Assembly: GCA_024679065.1 (NCBI GenBank)
Contig: JAGIQG010000016.1
Span: 2,108,001-2,172,000, forward strand
Reading direction: 5' to 3'
DNA: 64,000 nucleotides
Source: Sphyrna mokarran
Taxonomy: Eukaryota
Part shown: in pieces, positions 62,622 through 64,000 of the stretch
Numbering within the stretch: position 1 is the first letter of the stretch
How the letters are laid out: every line of letters begins with the position of its first letter
Translations under genes and position numbers: made by a program
Notes under the pieces: generated by a model
Told to the model about the DNA's origin: nothing
The model's input: only the letters and a program-made list of their open reading frames with translations
Database searches by the model: none

Positions 62622-64000
62622 CTGTAAAAACAGCCACTGAGTGACTCCAGTACATATCTTTCTCAAAATGTTTAATATTGTTTGTATTTAACATATAACT
62701 GCACACACTGATCACTGAAAGTGCTGTTTAAATTCTAAGTCTCCACTACAGGGGAGAAGCAAACTTTTCTATTCCTAAAGCTTTAAAATAGTGCTGGAGT
62801 TTGTGATAAATATATAGAAGAAAGTAATTGAGTCAAACCATCAGTAGCTAATTAAAGCTGATATATATGGGCAGGATAGGTGATGTGTCAAAGTTGTAGC
62901 ATGTCTTAGCTCAGGGCAAGCACATCTGAGGCTTGAAGAAGAAGTCTGAAGGATTGTAGTACAGGCTTATAACATTAACCTTATACCTCTCTCTCACTAC
63001 AGATGCTGCCAGACTTGCTGAGCTTTTCCAGCCTTTTCTGTCCTTCTGTGATATTTCCAGCATCCACACTATTTTGCTTTTATATTATTGAGAAGCTTTG
63101 GCTCGGAGTCATTGCGCTGGAGGCTGAGCTGCAGACACTGTGACACATCAGAGAGGGCAGGAGCTACCTAGATGCTTTGTATCGGGAGGAGAGCACATCC
63201 CTTAGGTTGTGGTCTTATGATTTGGAAATCAGGAGCAGGAGGGTATGATTCCAATTGAGGCAGGTGAGGAGACTGATTCAAAGAGCAAGAATAGAATTGA
63301 AGAGAACTTTGTTGTTCACACAAAAGTGAAAATTTGTCTTTGCATTCACCTCCAGTGTAACATATAATCATACAGTCTTTAGTTCAAAGACAGTGTATAT
63401 TTCATGATACCTCCATTTATAAATATCTCACACACATTTATATCTTACTAACATTAGAGGGAATCAGCCTCTGCAACTGTCAAATGGGATTTTAGTTCTA
63501 TCAGCATGTTTGGATGGAAAAAGAAGTTTATTTATTGATCACAAATAGGAATTACATTACAATGAAATTACTATGAAATTCCCCTTGTAGCTAATCTATC
63601 TAAGCTGCACATCTTTGGGTACTAAGGGACAGTTTAGCATCGTCAATCAACCTAATCTAAAGTTTATTTATTCGTCACAAGTAAGTCTTACATTAACACT
63701 ACAATAAAGTTACTATGAAATTCCCCAAGTCGCCACACTCAGGCACTTGTTGGTTTAGTTCACCTAACCAGCATGTCCTTCAGACTATGGGAGGAAACTG
63801 GAGCACTCGGAGGACACCCACGCAGAGACAAGGGGGAGAACATGCAAACTCCACAGTCAGTGACCCAAACAGGGAATCGAACCCGGGTCCCTGGCGCTGT
63901 GAGGCAGCAGCATTAACCACTATGCCACCGTGCTGCCCATGAGAATTGGGGCCGCAACACAGATAAACTGACTGACCATGATATTGCAGTACAGGAGACC

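Overview
This is vertebrate nuclear DNA, not prokaryotic. The repeat content (CR1 LINEs with TTCTATG tails, tRNA-derived SINEs, Rex/Babar-like LINEs, Penelope-like ends) suggests a cartilaginous fish, by inference. Most ORFs in the supplied track are repeat artefacts. The real genes are all on the minus strand. (1) The first four coding exons and GC-rich promoter of a PP2A scaffold subunit gene (PPP2R1A-like, 4732->1544, continuing off the left edge). (2) A complete six-coding-exon, 332-aa, two-Ig Siglec-like receptor (signal 38543-38504, V-set 29880-29515, C2 26308-26015, TM 23017-22921, tail 19642-19558 and 17868-17752). (3) The last three exons of a tandem paralogue (62621-60621), plus an orphan frameshifted tail exon at 44.6 kb, indicating a Siglec-like cluster. 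The rest is nested retroelements, repeat-derived minisatellites and local duplications. Most notable: short TSD-flanked palindromic Penelope-like insertions with minimal hammerhead ribozyme motifs on both strands and a flip/flop loop; Siglec-like tails with twin YxN motifs (YGNI versus YGNM) and no canonical ITIM; and apparent PPP2R1A-Siglec linkage as in human 19q13.4.
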